NCBI GenBank assembly: GCA_045536065.1
Contig: JAZSMV010000019.1
Span: 1 to 59,097 of the forward strand
Reading direction: 5' to 3'
Length of the DNA stretch: 59,097 bases
DNA from: Eubacteriales bacterium
GTDB taxonomy: Bacteria; Bacillota; Clostridia; Oscillospirales; CAG-272
Shown: positions 6,280 to 15,902 of the stretch, one piece after another
Position numbering within the stretch: position 1 is the first letter of the stretch
Layout: each line of letters begins with the position of its first letter
The notes under the pieces: model-generated
The model's input: the letters and a program-made list of their open reading frames with translations, nothing else
Database searches by the model: none
What the model was told of the DNA's origin: nothing
Position numbers and translations under genes: made by a program

Positions 6280-7440
6280 ATGTATTTACTTCTCCTGGGG
6301 GTTATTTATCTCGCCTTTATCAGCCTTGGTCTGCCCGACTCTATGCTGGGTGCCGCCTGGCCGACAATTTATGCAGAATTCAATATTCCTATTTCATATA
6401 TGGGCATCGTTTCTATGATCATCTCGGGCGGAACGATAGTCTCCAGCCTTTTAACCGACCGTGTTGTCGCAAAATTCGGTACACGAGCCGTTACCGTGGT
6501 AAGTATTTTTCTTACCGCCGCAGCACTGTTTGGCTTTTCGATCTCAAGCGAGTTTTATCACCTCTGTCTGTGGGCAATTCCCTACGGCTTTGGCGCAGGA
6601 GCAATAGATGCGGCAATAAACAACTACGTTGCCCTCCACTACAACTCCCGTCACATGAGCTGGCTCCATTGCTTCTGGGGTGTGGGAACCATTATAAGTC
6701 CTTACGTTATGAGCTTTGCGCTGAGCCATTCTGTTTGGAATGACGGCTACCGTGCGGTGTCCTATATTCAGCTGGTGATCGCTCTGGTGGTGCTGCTCTC
6801 CTATCCTCTCTGGAGGGTAAATCAGAAGAAGGATGCAGATTAAATCAAGGTAGAGCCTATCGGACTTCTGAAGGCTGTAAAAATCAAGGGAGTTCTCTTT
6901 GTGCTTATAGGCTTCCTCTCCTACTGTGCCGCCGAGGCGACGGCAATGCTGTGGACCAGCAGCTATTTTGAGGGAGTCTTTTCGGTTTCAAAGACCGATG
7001 CGGCAAATCTCGGATCGCTGTTCTTTATCGGTATGACGGTGGGAAGATTTTTGTCCGGTCTGATCTCCGAGCGGCTTGGTGACGTAAAAATGATAAGGCT
7101 CGGCACCATTATCAGCGGTGTGGGAATAATTCTCTCCGCCCTGCCCTTTAAGGAGATTGCCATCGCAGGCTTTATCATCTTCGGACTTGGCTGTGCGCCA
7201 ATATATCCCAGCATTATCCATTCAACCCCCATCCGCTTTGGCAAGGAAAGGTCGCAAAGCATTATCGGTATACAGATGGCGTCGGCATATCTCGGCTCTA
7301 CTCTGATGCCGCCTCTGTTCGGCCTTGTAGCCAACCATATCTCCATATCCTTAATGCCTCTGTATCTTGCTTTATTTATGATACTTATGATAGTAATGAT
7401 CAGCCTTGCAGACAGAGAGACCTGTAAAAAAGAAATATAA
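6280..7440 (+). pseudogene. MFS transporter interrupted by one in-frame TAA (6841-6843)
   Basis: ORFs 6280-6843 and 6901-7440 are in the same frame. The codons after the TAA continue as IKVEPIGLLKAVKIKGVLFVLIGF, a typical central loop leading into TM7. Each half has about six TM helices. Confidence 0.75.
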
Positions 7441-7444
7441 AAGC

Positions 7445-7486
7445 AAGCGCCTTGATTTTTCAGGGCGCTTTTCACGGCTTTTTTGT
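7445..7486 (+). terminator. rho-independent terminator after the MFS gene
   Basis: AAGCGCCTTG-ATTTTT-CAGGGCGCTT followed by TTCACGGCTTTTTT. Confidence 0.6.
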
Positions 7487-7527
7487 TTTTTCATAACATA
7501 GACACAGTACGCTTTTCGGAGGAAAAA

Positions 7528-8061
7528 ATGCTGGTAACAAGAAATTATAACAGAGAAAATGCCGTGGCTTATGCCAGAAAATACGCCTTTTCACAGAACT
7601 CGCTCTTCGGCAATTTTGCAGGGATAGGCGGCAACTGCACCAACTTCGTGTCACAGTGCATCTACGCAGGTAGCTGTGAGATGAATTACAAGCCCACCTT
7701 TGGATGGTACTATATTTCGCTGGACGACAGGTCGCCGTCCTGGACGGGAGTTGAATATTTTTATAACTTCATAATCGAGAACGCCGACGTGGGCCCCTAC
7801 GGCAGAGTGGCAAACTCCGACGAGCTGGAGATCGGTGACGTAGTACAGCTGGCAAGAAACGAGGAGGGCTACTATCACTCTCTGCTTGTGGTCGGCTTTG
7901 ACGGAGAGGATATTCTGGTAGCGGCGCAAACCGACAACGCCTATGCAAGACCGCTGTCAACCTATGACTACGATTACTCAAGATTTATTAAAATCCTGGG
8001 TGTAAGGCTCGAAAGCCCCGACACAACAGACGCCTGCTTTGAAAGAATTATGGCAGGATAA
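7528..8061 (+). CDS. putative amidase-domain (cysteine-peptidase-like) protein
   Basis: RBS GGAGG lies 6 nt before the ATG at 7528. Product MLVTRNYNRENAVAYARKYA...GGNCTNFVSQC resembles the putative-amidase-domain family. The family assignment is from memory. Confidence 0.6.
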   Translation: MLVTRNYNRENAVAYARKYAFSQNSLFGNFAGIGGNCTNFVSQCIYAGSCEMNYKPTFGWYYISLDDRSPSWTGVEYFYNFIIENADVGPYGRVANSDELEIGDVVQLARNEEGYYHSLLVVGFDGEDILVAAQTDNAYARPLSTYDYDYSRFIKILGVRLESPDTTDACFERIMAG

Positions 8062-8065
8062 AGAC

Positions 8066-8112
8066 AAAAAATACCGCATTTTGTAAACTCAGACTTACAA
8101 AATGCGGTTTTT
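8066..8112. terminator. bidirectional terminator between the amidase-like gene and pfkA
   Basis: ACCGCATTTTGTAA (8073-8086) ... TTACAAAATGCGGT (8095-8108). 14-bp stem flanked by an A-run and a T-run. Confidence 0.8.
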
Positions 8113-8113
8113 A

Positions 8114-9178
8114 TTAAAGATTAATCTTGTTTTCGGTTGTATAAAGAGCAAGAAGCTCGGCCTTCTTTTCCTCAATCTCCTGCTTCATAAGCTCTATCTC
8201 CTCGGGGCTGAACTGATCAAGCTCGCCCTCGGAAAGCTTATTCTTATACATTCTGTCGATAACGTGAGAATAGTTGATATCCACAGCGCAGATGTCGCCG
8301 TTTCTCTCGCAGATAACCTTATTGGAGTTACCACGGAGAAGCTCCTCAACTGCATAAACGCCCATCTTGGAGGCAAGAACTCTGTCCTTTAAGGTGGGGT
8401 TACCGCCTCTTACAATATGAGCAAGGCGGGCAAACTTGGTCTCAACGCCGGTCTCGTCCTGAATCTTCTTTGCAAGAGCGGGAGCATACTCGGAGCCAAC
8501 GCCCTCGGATACGATAACGATGAAGTTTCTCTTGCCCAGTTCTCTTGCCTTCTTGATCTTCTTGCAGATGGAGTTGTCGTCGTGGGGAAACTCGGGAACA
8601 ACTACCGCAGTAGCGCCCGAAGCGATTGCGGTATTAAGAGCAATATCGCCGGCTCCACGTCCCATAACCTCAACAACGTTACATCTTGCGTGAGATTCGC
8701 AGGTGTCACGAAGCTTATCAACAAGCTCGATAACGGTATTCATAGCTGTATCAAAGCCGATGGTGTTATCGGTAGAGGTGATGTCGTTATCGATAGTTGC
8801 GGGAATACCGATACAAGGAACGCCCTCCTCAGTAAGTCTGGTTGCACCCTGGAAGGTTCCGTCACCGCCGATACAGATAATACCCTCAATGCCAAGCTTC
8901 TTACAGTTCTCAATACCACGGGCTCTGACCTCTGCGTGCTTGAACTCGGGGCAGCGGTCGGAATAAAGGATAGTACCACCCTTGTTGATAACGTTGGAAA
9001 CGTCTCTTATCTGCATGGGTCTGATGTCACCCTCAATAAGTCCCGAATAGCCACGGAATATACCCATAACCTCGACTCCACGGGTGAGAGCCGTACGGCA
9101 CACCGCTCTGACGGCGGCATTCATTCCGGGAGCGTCACCGCCGGAGGTGAGAACTCCAATTCTTTTTATATTACTCAT
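8114..9178 (-). CDS. pfkA: ATP-dependent 6-phosphofructokinase
   Basis: 354-aa ORF. Carries MSNIKRIGVLTSGGDAPGMNAAVRAV, GGDG and PATIDND motifs. A C-terminal extension of about 35 aa goes beyond the usual 320 aa. Confidence 0.95.
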   Translation of the reverse strand: MSNIKRIGVLTSGGDAPGMNAAVRAVCRTALTRGVEVMGIFRGYSGLIEGDIRPMQIRDVSNVINKGGTILYSDRCPEFKHAEVRARGIENCKKLGIEGIICIGGDGTFQGATRLTEEGVPCIGIPATIDNDITSTDNTIGFDTAMNTVIELVDKLRDTCESHARCNVVEVMGRGAGDIALNTAIASGATAVVVPEFPHDDNSICKKIKKARELGKRNFIVIVSEGVGSEYAPALAKKIQDETGVETKFARLAHIVRGGNPTLKDRVLASKMGVYAVEELLRGNSNKVICERNGDICAVDINYSHVIDRMYKNKLSEGELDQFSPEEIELMKQEIEEKKAELLALYTTENKINL

Positions 9179-9354
9179 ATGAAAACCTCACTGATAATTT
9201 TTTAACTAAACTATTATACAACATCTTTTTGAATTTATCAATGCCAAAATGCGATTTTTTTAGTTTTTTTAACATTTTTGGAGTCTTATTTTTATTACGG
9301 TTATTAAAAAACAACAATATTAACAGTTATATGTGTAAAATATTTGTATAATTA

Positions 9355-9383
9355 TTGACAAATCGGGTAAATAATGCTATAAT
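9355..9383 (+). promoter_or_regulatory. sigma-A-type promoter for the MGS-like gene
   Basis: TTGACA (9355-9360), 17-nt spacer, TATAAT (9378-9383). Confidence 0.6.
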
Positions 9384-9449
9384 AATTAAGCAATTTTATG
9401 GCTTTGTTAAAATTAAATTCTGACTTTTTGGAAGATTGGAGATATAAAA

Positions 9450-9884
9450 ATGGAAATCGCACTTATCGCAGACGACAACAAAAAAGAATTGATGGCGCAG
9501 TTCTGTATAGCCTACTGCGGCATTCTTAGCCGTCACCATATCTGCGCTACCCATACCACCGGCAGCTATATTTCGGATGCTACCGGCCTTGAAATAGAAA
9601 ATTATATGCCCGGCTCCGGCGGCGGTCTTGAGCAGATCAACTCCAGAATCTCTTACAACGAGATCGACCTTGTGTTCTACTTCAGAAGCACCGACCACGC
9701 AAAAGAACCCTATGAGGCTGAACAGGATCTCTTCCGCCTTTGCGACGTGAACAATATTCCTCTTGCAACCAATATTGCTACCGCAGAGGTTCTTGTTACC
9801 GCTCTTGAGGCAGGCAGCTTCGACTGGCGTGAGTTCATTAACCCCAGAAGCGCATATAATCAGAGAAAGAGAGCATTAAGATAA
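9450..9884 (+). CDS. methylglyoxal synthase-like (MGS-like) domain protein, catalytic residues not conserved
   Basis: 144-aa ORF that aligns end to end with MgsA (IALIADDNKK, ATHTTG, NIPLATNIATAE). The positions of His19, Asp71 and His98 read Asp, Leu and Tyr. Confidence 0.75.
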   Translation: MEIALIADDNKKELMAQFCIAYCGILSRHHICATHTTGSYISDATGLEIENYMPGSGGGLEQINSRISYNEIDLVFYFRSTDHAKEPYEAEQDLFRLCDVNNIPLATNIATAEVLVTALEAGSFDWREFINPRSAYNQRKRALR

Positions 9885-9941
9885 AACTTCCGACTAAACG
9901 GTGGCCTAGGCTACCGTTTGTCTTTTATCAAGAGGTGTCAG

Positions 9942-10391
9942 ATGATTAAGATTATCGAAGTAAAGATAAAAATTGAATCGACAATAGAAAATTTAGACCA
10001 GGCGGGACTGCCCGAGGGAGATGCAGAGAGAAGTGTCAGCGAGGCAGAGGGCTTCTTCAGATATTCCGACGGACTTTGCTCTCTTACATACGCAGAGGAG
10101 AATGAGGGCGTAAGATGTGAGTCGGAGATCATCTCAAGAGACGGTCACGTTACCGTAAAGAGAAGGGGCGCTATCGAGAGCGAGCTGTATTTTGAGGAGG
10201 GAAAAAGCCATTCCTCTATCTACTCCGTTCCCCCCTACAAATTCGATGCAACCGTATATACAAAGCGTGTCAGAACGGCGCTTGACGAAAATGGCGGCAG
10301 CATTGATCTTCTTTACAATATGAAAATAGGCGGCGCCGAGAAGTCGGCAAGGATGAAAATATGGATATCACCCTCTTCAAATCAAACCTGA
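9942..10391 (+). CDS. DUF1934 (YwiB-like) beta-barrel protein
   Basis: RBS AGAGG lies 6 nt upstream of the ATG at 9942. The pattern ...GGSIDLLYNMKIGG...MKIWISP matches my recollection of the YwiB/DUF1934 family. Confidence 0.65.
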   Translation: MIKIIEVKIKIESTIENLDQAGLPEGDAERSVSEAEGFFRYSDGLCSLTYAEENEGVRCESEIISRDGHVTVKRRGAIESELYFEEGKSHSSIYSVPPYKFDATVYTKRVRTALDENGGSIDLLYNMKIGGAEKSARMKIWISPSSNQT

Positions 10392-11389
10392 AAAATGACA
10401 ATATAAGCGGCATATATCTGTTTTGCGGCGAGGAAGATTATCTTGTCAGATATTATCTCGGTGCTCTTCGCTCAAAAATTGCAGGCGACGAGGCCTTTGC
10501 CATATTCAACAACCCCGTTTTTGACGGCGATGAGGTTGACTATAACGCAATTATCGAGGCTGTAAAGGCTCCCCCTATGATGAGCGACTACAAGCTTATC
10601 GAGTGGCGCCACGCAGATCTGTCGAAAATGAAGGAGAGCGAGCTTGACTCTATGGAGGAGCTTATCTCTGTGTGTGAGGAGCATCCCTATTCGGTGGTTG
10701 CCTTTACCGCAAATGCCGACGGTGTGGACTTTGGCACCCCGAAGAAGCCATCGACCTTTGTAAAGCGATTTGACAAGCAGATAAACATACTCCGCTTCGA
10801 TAAATCCACCGAAAACCAGCTCTATGCCTGGTTGAAAAAGCACTTTGACTCCCAGGAAGTAACGGTAGGTCTTGATACCGTCAAGGCTCTGGTATTCCGC
10901 TCGGGCAGATCTATGGACGTGCTGGCAGGCGAGGTGGATAAGCTCTGCGCTCTTGTAAAATCAAGAGGAAAGAGCATAGTTACTCCCGAGGACGTAAACG
11001 AGGTGGCATCATCCACCCCCGAGTGCGACACCTTTGCCCTCTCTAATGCGATACTTGACAGAAGCAGATCAAGAGCATATCTGGCTCTTGAGGATATGAA
11101 GCTTCGCCGTGTGGAGCCCACGATAATTATGGGTATGGTTGCAAAGACCTTTGACGACCTTACCGCTATTGCTCATCTGCTGGACGAGGGACTTGGCGTT
11201 GGCGAGATACAGTCCACACTCGGTATGAATGAATATAAGCTGAAAAAATACATTCCCGCAGCGAAAAAATACGGTACAGACCGTCTTTCGGCGATCATCA
11301 GCGCTCTTGCCGAGGCAGACGCAGGCTCAAAATACGGCGGTGTTACAGGATATACTGCGGTAGAGCTGTTTATTTCAAGAAATTTATAA
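10361..11389 (+). CDS. holA: DNA polymerase III subunit delta
   Basis: 342-aa ORF. The N-terminus GIYLFCGEEDYLV and the overall layout are typical of HolA. It overlaps the preceding gene by 31 nt. Confidence 0.85.
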   Translation: MDITLFKSNLKNDNISGIYLFCGEEDYLVRYYLGALRSKIAGDEAFAIFNNPVFDGDEVDYNAIIEAVKAPPMMSDYKLIEWRHADLSKMKESELDSMEELISVCEEHPYSVVAFTANADGVDFGTPKKPSTFVKRFDKQINILRFDKSTENQLYAWLKKHFDSQEVTVGLDTVKALVFRSGRSMDVLAGEVDKLCALVKSRGKSIVTPEDVNEVASSTPECDTFALSNAILDRSRSRAYLALEDMKLRRVEPTIIMGMVAKTFDDLTAIAHLLDEGLGVGEIQSTLGMNEYKLKKYIPAAKKYGTDRLSAIISALAEADAGSKYGGVTGYTAVELFISRNL

Positions 11390-11404
11390 AGAAGGATAAA
11401 TATT

Positions 11405-12127
11405 ATGAAAAGAATTATCAGTTTGATCATTGCGGTTGCACTTATAACAGGCTGTCTTGCAACCCTTACCTCCTGCGGTGAGAAAATGGGAACGGGTGCC
11501 TGCGAATATCTTGAAACAAGAAGCATAGAGGGCAGAGATATCAAGTACGTTGAGATGTGTATCGAGGACTACGGTAAGCTCGTTATCCTGCTTGATGCCA
11601 CCACAGCTCCCATCACCGTTGCAAACTTCATTTCTCTCGTTGAGGACGGCTTCTACGACGGACTTACCTTCCACAGAATCATCAAGGACTTTATGATCCA
11701 GGGTGGTGACCCTTCCGCTGACGGTACAGGCGGAAGCGATAAGGACATCTTCGGCGAATTCGCCACCAACGGTCATCAGAACGACATCAGCCACAAGTAC
11801 GGCGTTATCTCTATGGCGAGATCAGAAGACCCCAACTCTGCATCCAGCCAGTTCTTTATCTGCAACGCAGATGCATCAAGCTCTCTTGACGGAAGCTATG
11901 CCGCATTCGGCTACGTTGTTGAGGGTATGAGTGTTATTGACGAGATAACAAAGGACGTATTCCCCAAGACCAAGCTGGCAGACTATTATGACAACTGGGA
12001 TATTGATCCCTACTACGGCACCTACAAGCACTACGTATGGAGCTACTTTGGTAACGGCGCAGTCGAAGACAAGGCGGATCAGCCTGTGATCAAGTATATT
12101 AAGGTGCTTGATTCCTGGAGCAAATAA
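11405..12127 (+). CDS. cyclophilin-type peptidyl-prolyl isomerase lipoprotein
   Basis: Lipobox LTSCG. Cyclophilin motifs FHRIIKDFMIQGGDP, ISMAR and SQFFI. Confidence 0.9.
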   Translation: MKRIISLIIAVALITGCLATLTSCGEKMGTGACEYLETRSIEGRDIKYVEMCIEDYGKLVILLDATTAPITVANFISLVEDGFYDGLTFHRIIKDFMIQGGDPSADGTGGSDKDIFGEFATNGHQNDISHKYGVISMARSEDPNSASSQFFICNADASSSLDGSYAAFGYVVEGMSVIDEITKDVFPKTKLADYYDNWDIDPYYGTYKHYVWSYFGNGAVEDKADQPVIKYIKVLDSWSK

Positions 12128-12145
12128 AGCTAAGCGAGCAATCCT

Positions 12146-13153
12146 ATGAGCAAACTCTTTATTCCCGAAAACTATAAATCATCTCTTGACGTTTACAAAA
12201 CGCAAAAGGCTATTTCCTTTATCAAGCAGACCTTCCAGGAAAAGCTTTCGCAGGCGCTGAATCTTAAGCGTGTTTCGGCACCGCTCTTCGTTACCGAGGC
12301 ATCGGGTCTTAACGATAACCTGAACGGTACCGAGCGTCCCGTAAGCTTTGACGTGCCCGCCATAGGCGAAAGTGTGCAGGTTGTTCATTCGCTGGCGAAA
12401 TGGAAGCGTCTTGCCCTGCACGAATACCATTTCTACGTTGGCAACGGTCTTTATACAGATATGAACGCCATAAGACGTGACGAGGAGCTTGACAATATTC
12501 ACTCCATTTACGTTGACCAGTGGGACTGGGAAAGGGTCATTACAAGAGAGGACCGCACACTCGATTATCTGAAAAAGGTAGCGCAGACCATCGTTGACGT
12601 TATCTGCGATACAAACGAGGCACTTAAGATAGATTTTCCCGAGCTGTCGGTGGATCTTCAGCGTAATATGTTCGCCATAACCACAGGCGAGCTTGAGGAG
12701 ATGTACCCCCACCTCACTCCCAAGGAGCGTGAGGACGAAATAACAAAAAAGCACGGCACGGTTCTGCTTATGCAGATAGGCGGCAAGCTTAAGAGCGGCA
12801 AGCCTCACGACGGACGTGCGCCCGACTATGACGACTGGTCGCTGAACGGCGATATTCTCTTCTATAACGATCTGCTTGGACGTGCCTTTGAGATCTCGTC
12901 TATGGGTATCCGTGTTGACGAGGAGTCGCTTGACCGTCAGCTTACAGAAAGAGGCTGTGAGGACAGGCGCACACTCCCCTTCCATAAGAAGCTTCTGGCA
13001 GGCGAGCTGCCCCTCACCATTGGCGGCGGTATCGGTCAGTCAAGACTATGTATGCTGATGATGGGCTGCGCCCATATCGGCGAGGTACAGTCCAGCGTCT
13101 GGGATGAGGAAACTATTAACGGCTGCCGCACGGCAGAAATTAAATTACTATAA
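12146..13153 (+). CDS. asnA: aspartate--ammonia ligase
   Basis: 335-aa ORF. The AsnA-type N-terminus reads YKTQKAISFIKQTFQEKLSQALNLKRVSAPLFV. The C-terminal GGGIGQSRLCMLMMG motif is present. Confidence 0.9.
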   Translation: MSKLFIPENYKSSLDVYKTQKAISFIKQTFQEKLSQALNLKRVSAPLFVTEASGLNDNLNGTERPVSFDVPAIGESVQVVHSLAKWKRLALHEYHFYVGNGLYTDMNAIRRDEELDNIHSIYVDQWDWERVITREDRTLDYLKKVAQTIVDVICDTNEALKIDFPELSVDLQRNMFAITTGELEEMYPHLTPKEREDEITKKHGTVLLMQIGGKLKSGKPHDGRAPDYDDWSLNGDILFYNDLLGRAFEISSMGIRVDEESLDRQLTERGCEDRRTLPFHKKLLAGELPLTIGGGIGQSRLCMLMMGCAHIGEVQSSVWDEETINGCRTAEIKLL

Positions 13154-13208
13154 AAAAGGGAGCGTAATGCCCCCTTTACTAACGAAATGTAAACTATGGT
13201 TAGAAAAA

Positions 13209-15812
13209 ATGATAAAAATTACAGCCTTAAACAAAAAATATAAAACCAAGAAGCGCAAGGAGTGTCACGCTCTTAACAACATTAATCTAACCCTGCCCAA
13301 CAGGGGTCTGGTGTTTGTGCTTGGTAAGAGCGGTAGCGGTAAGTCTACTCTGCTGAATCTCATTGGCGGCCTGGATAGTATTACAAGCGGCAGAATTGAG
13401 GTTGACGGAAACGATCTTTCTACTTTCAAGGAAAAGGACTTTTGTAACTACCGTAACACCCACGTGGGATTTATCTTCCAGGATTATCACCTTATAGACG
13501 AGCTGACGGTGTATGAGAATATTGTGCTTTCGCTTGACCTCCGTCGTATTGAGGACAAGGAGCTTGTCAAGGCGGCGCTTGAAAAGGTTGATCTTGCGGG
13601 CTATGAGGACAGATACCCCACCGAGCTTTCGGGCGGTGAGCAGCAGAGGGTTGCAATAGCAAGAGCTATCGTCAAGAATCCTCGTATTATCCTTGCAGAC
13701 GAGCCTACGGGAAATCTTGACACACATACTGCAGAGGCTATCATTGAGCTTCTTAAAGAGCTTTCCAAGGACTGTCTTATCCTTATCGTTTCCCACAACG
13801 TCAATGATGCTAACTCCTATGCCGACCGTATTATTGAGCTTGCAAAGGGAAAGATAATCTCAGACAAGTCAAGAAATCCCGAGTTTGCAACCGAGATAAT
13901 TCTGAAAGAGGATACGCTGATATATCCCGAAGGTCAATCGCTTTCGGATAAGGATATAGACCTACTCAACGAGAATGTACATAAGAAAATAATCAAGCGC
14001 ACAGACAAATTTATTGACAGCCACGAGCCCTCGGGAAAATCCCAAAAGATAAAAATTGGGAACAAGAGCCTCTCGCCCCGCCGAGAGCTATCCCTCTCGG
14101 GCAAGTTCCTAAAGAACAAGAGCCTTGTTATTGCTTTCTCAGCCTTTATGGTGTCGGTCATTATGATAATTATGGCTCTCGCGCAAACCATAGTCAACTT
14201 TGACGGTGGAATGATACTGCATAACGAGATGACAAAAAACGGTCAGCAATCACTATTGCTCAGCAAAACCGTTGACGATATTACTGCCGCGCACCTCGAC
14301 GGTAATTATCAAATAGAGATTGGTGAGAATGATATACAGAAGTTCTACGATGCGGGATATGAGGGGAATATTTATCCCATCGTTAACGCCAACGTCCCAA
14401 TCAGCACTATATCAAACCTTCTCGGCAACAAGGGAGCTTACTTCACGAAAAACTTTTTACTCAAGGAAACCTTCGGCACTATGATAGTTGACGAGGACTT
14501 CCTCGAGAGAAAATTCGGTGAAGTAAAATATCTCGCAAGTCTTGATGAGCACATGAGCCACGGACTGATCATAACCGACTACGTTGCCGACAGCATTCTT
14601 GCAACCAACCCGAATTATTTAGGCAAAACCTACGAGGACATTCTCGGCAAATATTCTCCGGCCGGTTTCCGAGTTGACGTAATTTACATCAATGCCATTA
14701 TTTACACAGGATACGCAGAGAGACACAGAGAGCTTATTGACGAGCTTACCGATCCCGAGTCATCTATTGATCTTGAAAGTATTTATTCCGATAAGAGATT
14801 TACCCGCTTTTCAAACGACATTTACGACTCACTCGGCTACTCCTACTCTCTTAACCCCAATTTTTACGAAGATTCTGCCTTGTCCCGTACCTTCTACTCT
14901 ATACATAACCTCGTAATCAACGATACAATTAATTGCACAGAAAAAAGCCACCTTCCCATTTTCTCAATTTTATCCAAAGAGGATTACAACAAACTGGATG
15001 GCGGTTTATCTATGAGCAGAGAACTGTACAACACCCTCTTTAATACCAACTATGACGATACCAACATAGACAGCTTCTCGCCGCACACGATAAAGATTAC
15101 GATGTACAGGCTCTATGACATAGATAAAGAAAGCCCGATTTTCACCACCGAGATAACAATAGACACACTGCTAACTCACGGTGACGCGTTTATTTTATCA
15201 GCTGACACCAATCCTTTACTTGAAGACATTATAAGGAATGCGGATACTTATTATACCGGGCTTTATTTTGATTCTGTTGATGGAATAGGAACGGTGCTTG
15301 ACCTTGCAGACGAGCTGAACTACGAGCCCCAGAGCTATGCGGTCGATGGTGTGCGCACTATGACAAAGGCGGTGGACGTTTTCGTGCCCATTTTTGAGCT
15401 GATTTCTATTTTCCTGTATATCGGCGTCATATTTATTCTGATGAACTTTGCTTCAAAGATGATAAACGATAAGATGCACGAGATCGGCATCTTAAAGGCA
15501 CTCGGTACGAAAAATGGCTCTATTGGCGTAGTGTTTGGGCTTCAAGTGGGGCTTATTGCCCTGCTTACCTGCGGACTGTCAACGCTCGGGTATTACCTGT
15601 TCATTGACGTGGCGAACGATATACTTATCGAGTCAATTCACAGAATTGCGCCCAGTTGGACGCTGCCCGATCTGCAGTTCCTCACGTTTAAGCCTGAAAT
15701 CGCACTGATGAACGGTATTCTTATCTTTGCGCTTGCCTTTGTTTCGCTCATTTTCCCGATGATAAAGATCAAGGCGATAAAGCCTGTAAAGATTATAAAA
15801 GCAAAGGAATAA
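13209..15812 (+). CDS. fused ABC ATPase / FtsX-type permease (MacB-like)
   Basis: The ATG at 13209 gives [11 protein letters not shown]. Has Walker [10 protein letters not shown], signature LSGGEQQR and Walker B ILADEPT. A large extracytoplasmic region and C-terminal FtsX-like TM helices follow. Confidence 0.85.
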   Translation: MIKITALNKKYKTKKRKECHALNNINLTLPNRGLVFVLGKSGSGKSTLLNLIGGLDSITSGRIEVDGNDLSTFKEKDFCNYRNTHVGFIFQDYHLIDELTVYENIVLSLDLRRIEDKELVKAALEKVDLAGYEDRYPTELSGGEQQRVAIARAIVKNPRIILADEPTGNLDTHTAEAIIELLKELSKDCLILIVSHNVNDANSYADRIIELAKGKIISDKSRNPEFATEIILKEDTLIYPEGQSLSDKDIDLLNENVHKKIIKRTDKFIDSHEPSGKSQKIKIGNKSLSPRRELSLSGKFLKNKSLVIAFSAFMVSVIMIIMALAQTIVNFDGGMILHNEMTKNGQQSLLLSKTVDDITAAHLDGNYQIEIGENDIQKFYDAGYEGNIYPIVNANVPISTISNLLGNKGAYFTKNFLLKETFGTMIVDEDFLERKFGEVKYLASLDEHMSHGLIITDYVADSILATNPNYLGKTYEDILGKYSPAGFRVDVIYINAIIYTGYAERHRELIDELTDPESSIDLESIYSDKRFTRFSNDIYDSLGYSYSLNPNFYEDSALSRTFYSIHNLVINDTINCTEKSHLPIFSILSKEDYNKLDGGLSMSRELYNTLFNTNYDDTNIDSFSPHTIKITMYRLYDIDKESPIFTTEITIDTLLTHGDAFILSADTNPLLEDIIRNADTYYTGLYFDSVDGIGTVLDLADELNYEPQSYAVDGVRTMTKAVDVFVPIFELISIFLYIGVIFILMNFASKMINDKMHEIGILKALGTKNGSIGVVFGLQVGLIALLTCGLSTLGYYLFIDVANDILIESIHRIAPSWTLPDLQFLTFKPEIALMNGILIFALAFVSLIFPMIKIKAIKPVKIIKAKE

Positions 15813-15836
15813 ATGTTTGTATTAATTAACAAAAAG

Positions 15837-15868
15837 AAAAGCGACTTCAAAATTGAAGTCGCTTTTTT
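15837..15868. terminator. bidirectional terminator between the ABC gene and pyrB
   Basis: AAAAGCGACTTC-AAAATT-GAAGTCGCTTTTTT. Confidence 0.8.
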
Positions 15869-15870
15869 AA

Positions 15871-15901
15871 TTCTGCATTTTGCATTCTGCATTCTGCATT
15901 C
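15871..15901 (-). repeat. (GAATGCA)n heptamer tandem repeat, about 4.4 units, directly after the pyrB stop
   Basis: Minus strand reads TAG-T-GAATGCA-GAATGCA-GAATGCA-AAATGCA-GAATT. Confidence 0.9.
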
Positions 15902-15902
15902 A

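Noticed and set aside
6841-6843. Stop-codon reassignment or programmed read-through of the TAA inside the MFS gene
   Set aside because: TAA is used as the genuine terminator of several well-defined genes in this window (for example carB, pyrK and the metallophosphoesterase). I see no recoding signal. A nonsense mutation or an assembly error is more parsimonious.
8417-9205. 262-aa ORF antisense to pfkA
   Set aside because: It is a shadow ORF inside a highly conserved glycolytic gene.
13104-13208. Upstream extension of the ABC fusion ORF overlapping the end of asnA
   Set aside because: The extension has no RBS and overlaps asnA by 50 nt. The ATG at 13209 gives the normal ABC N-terminus ([11 protein letters not shown]).
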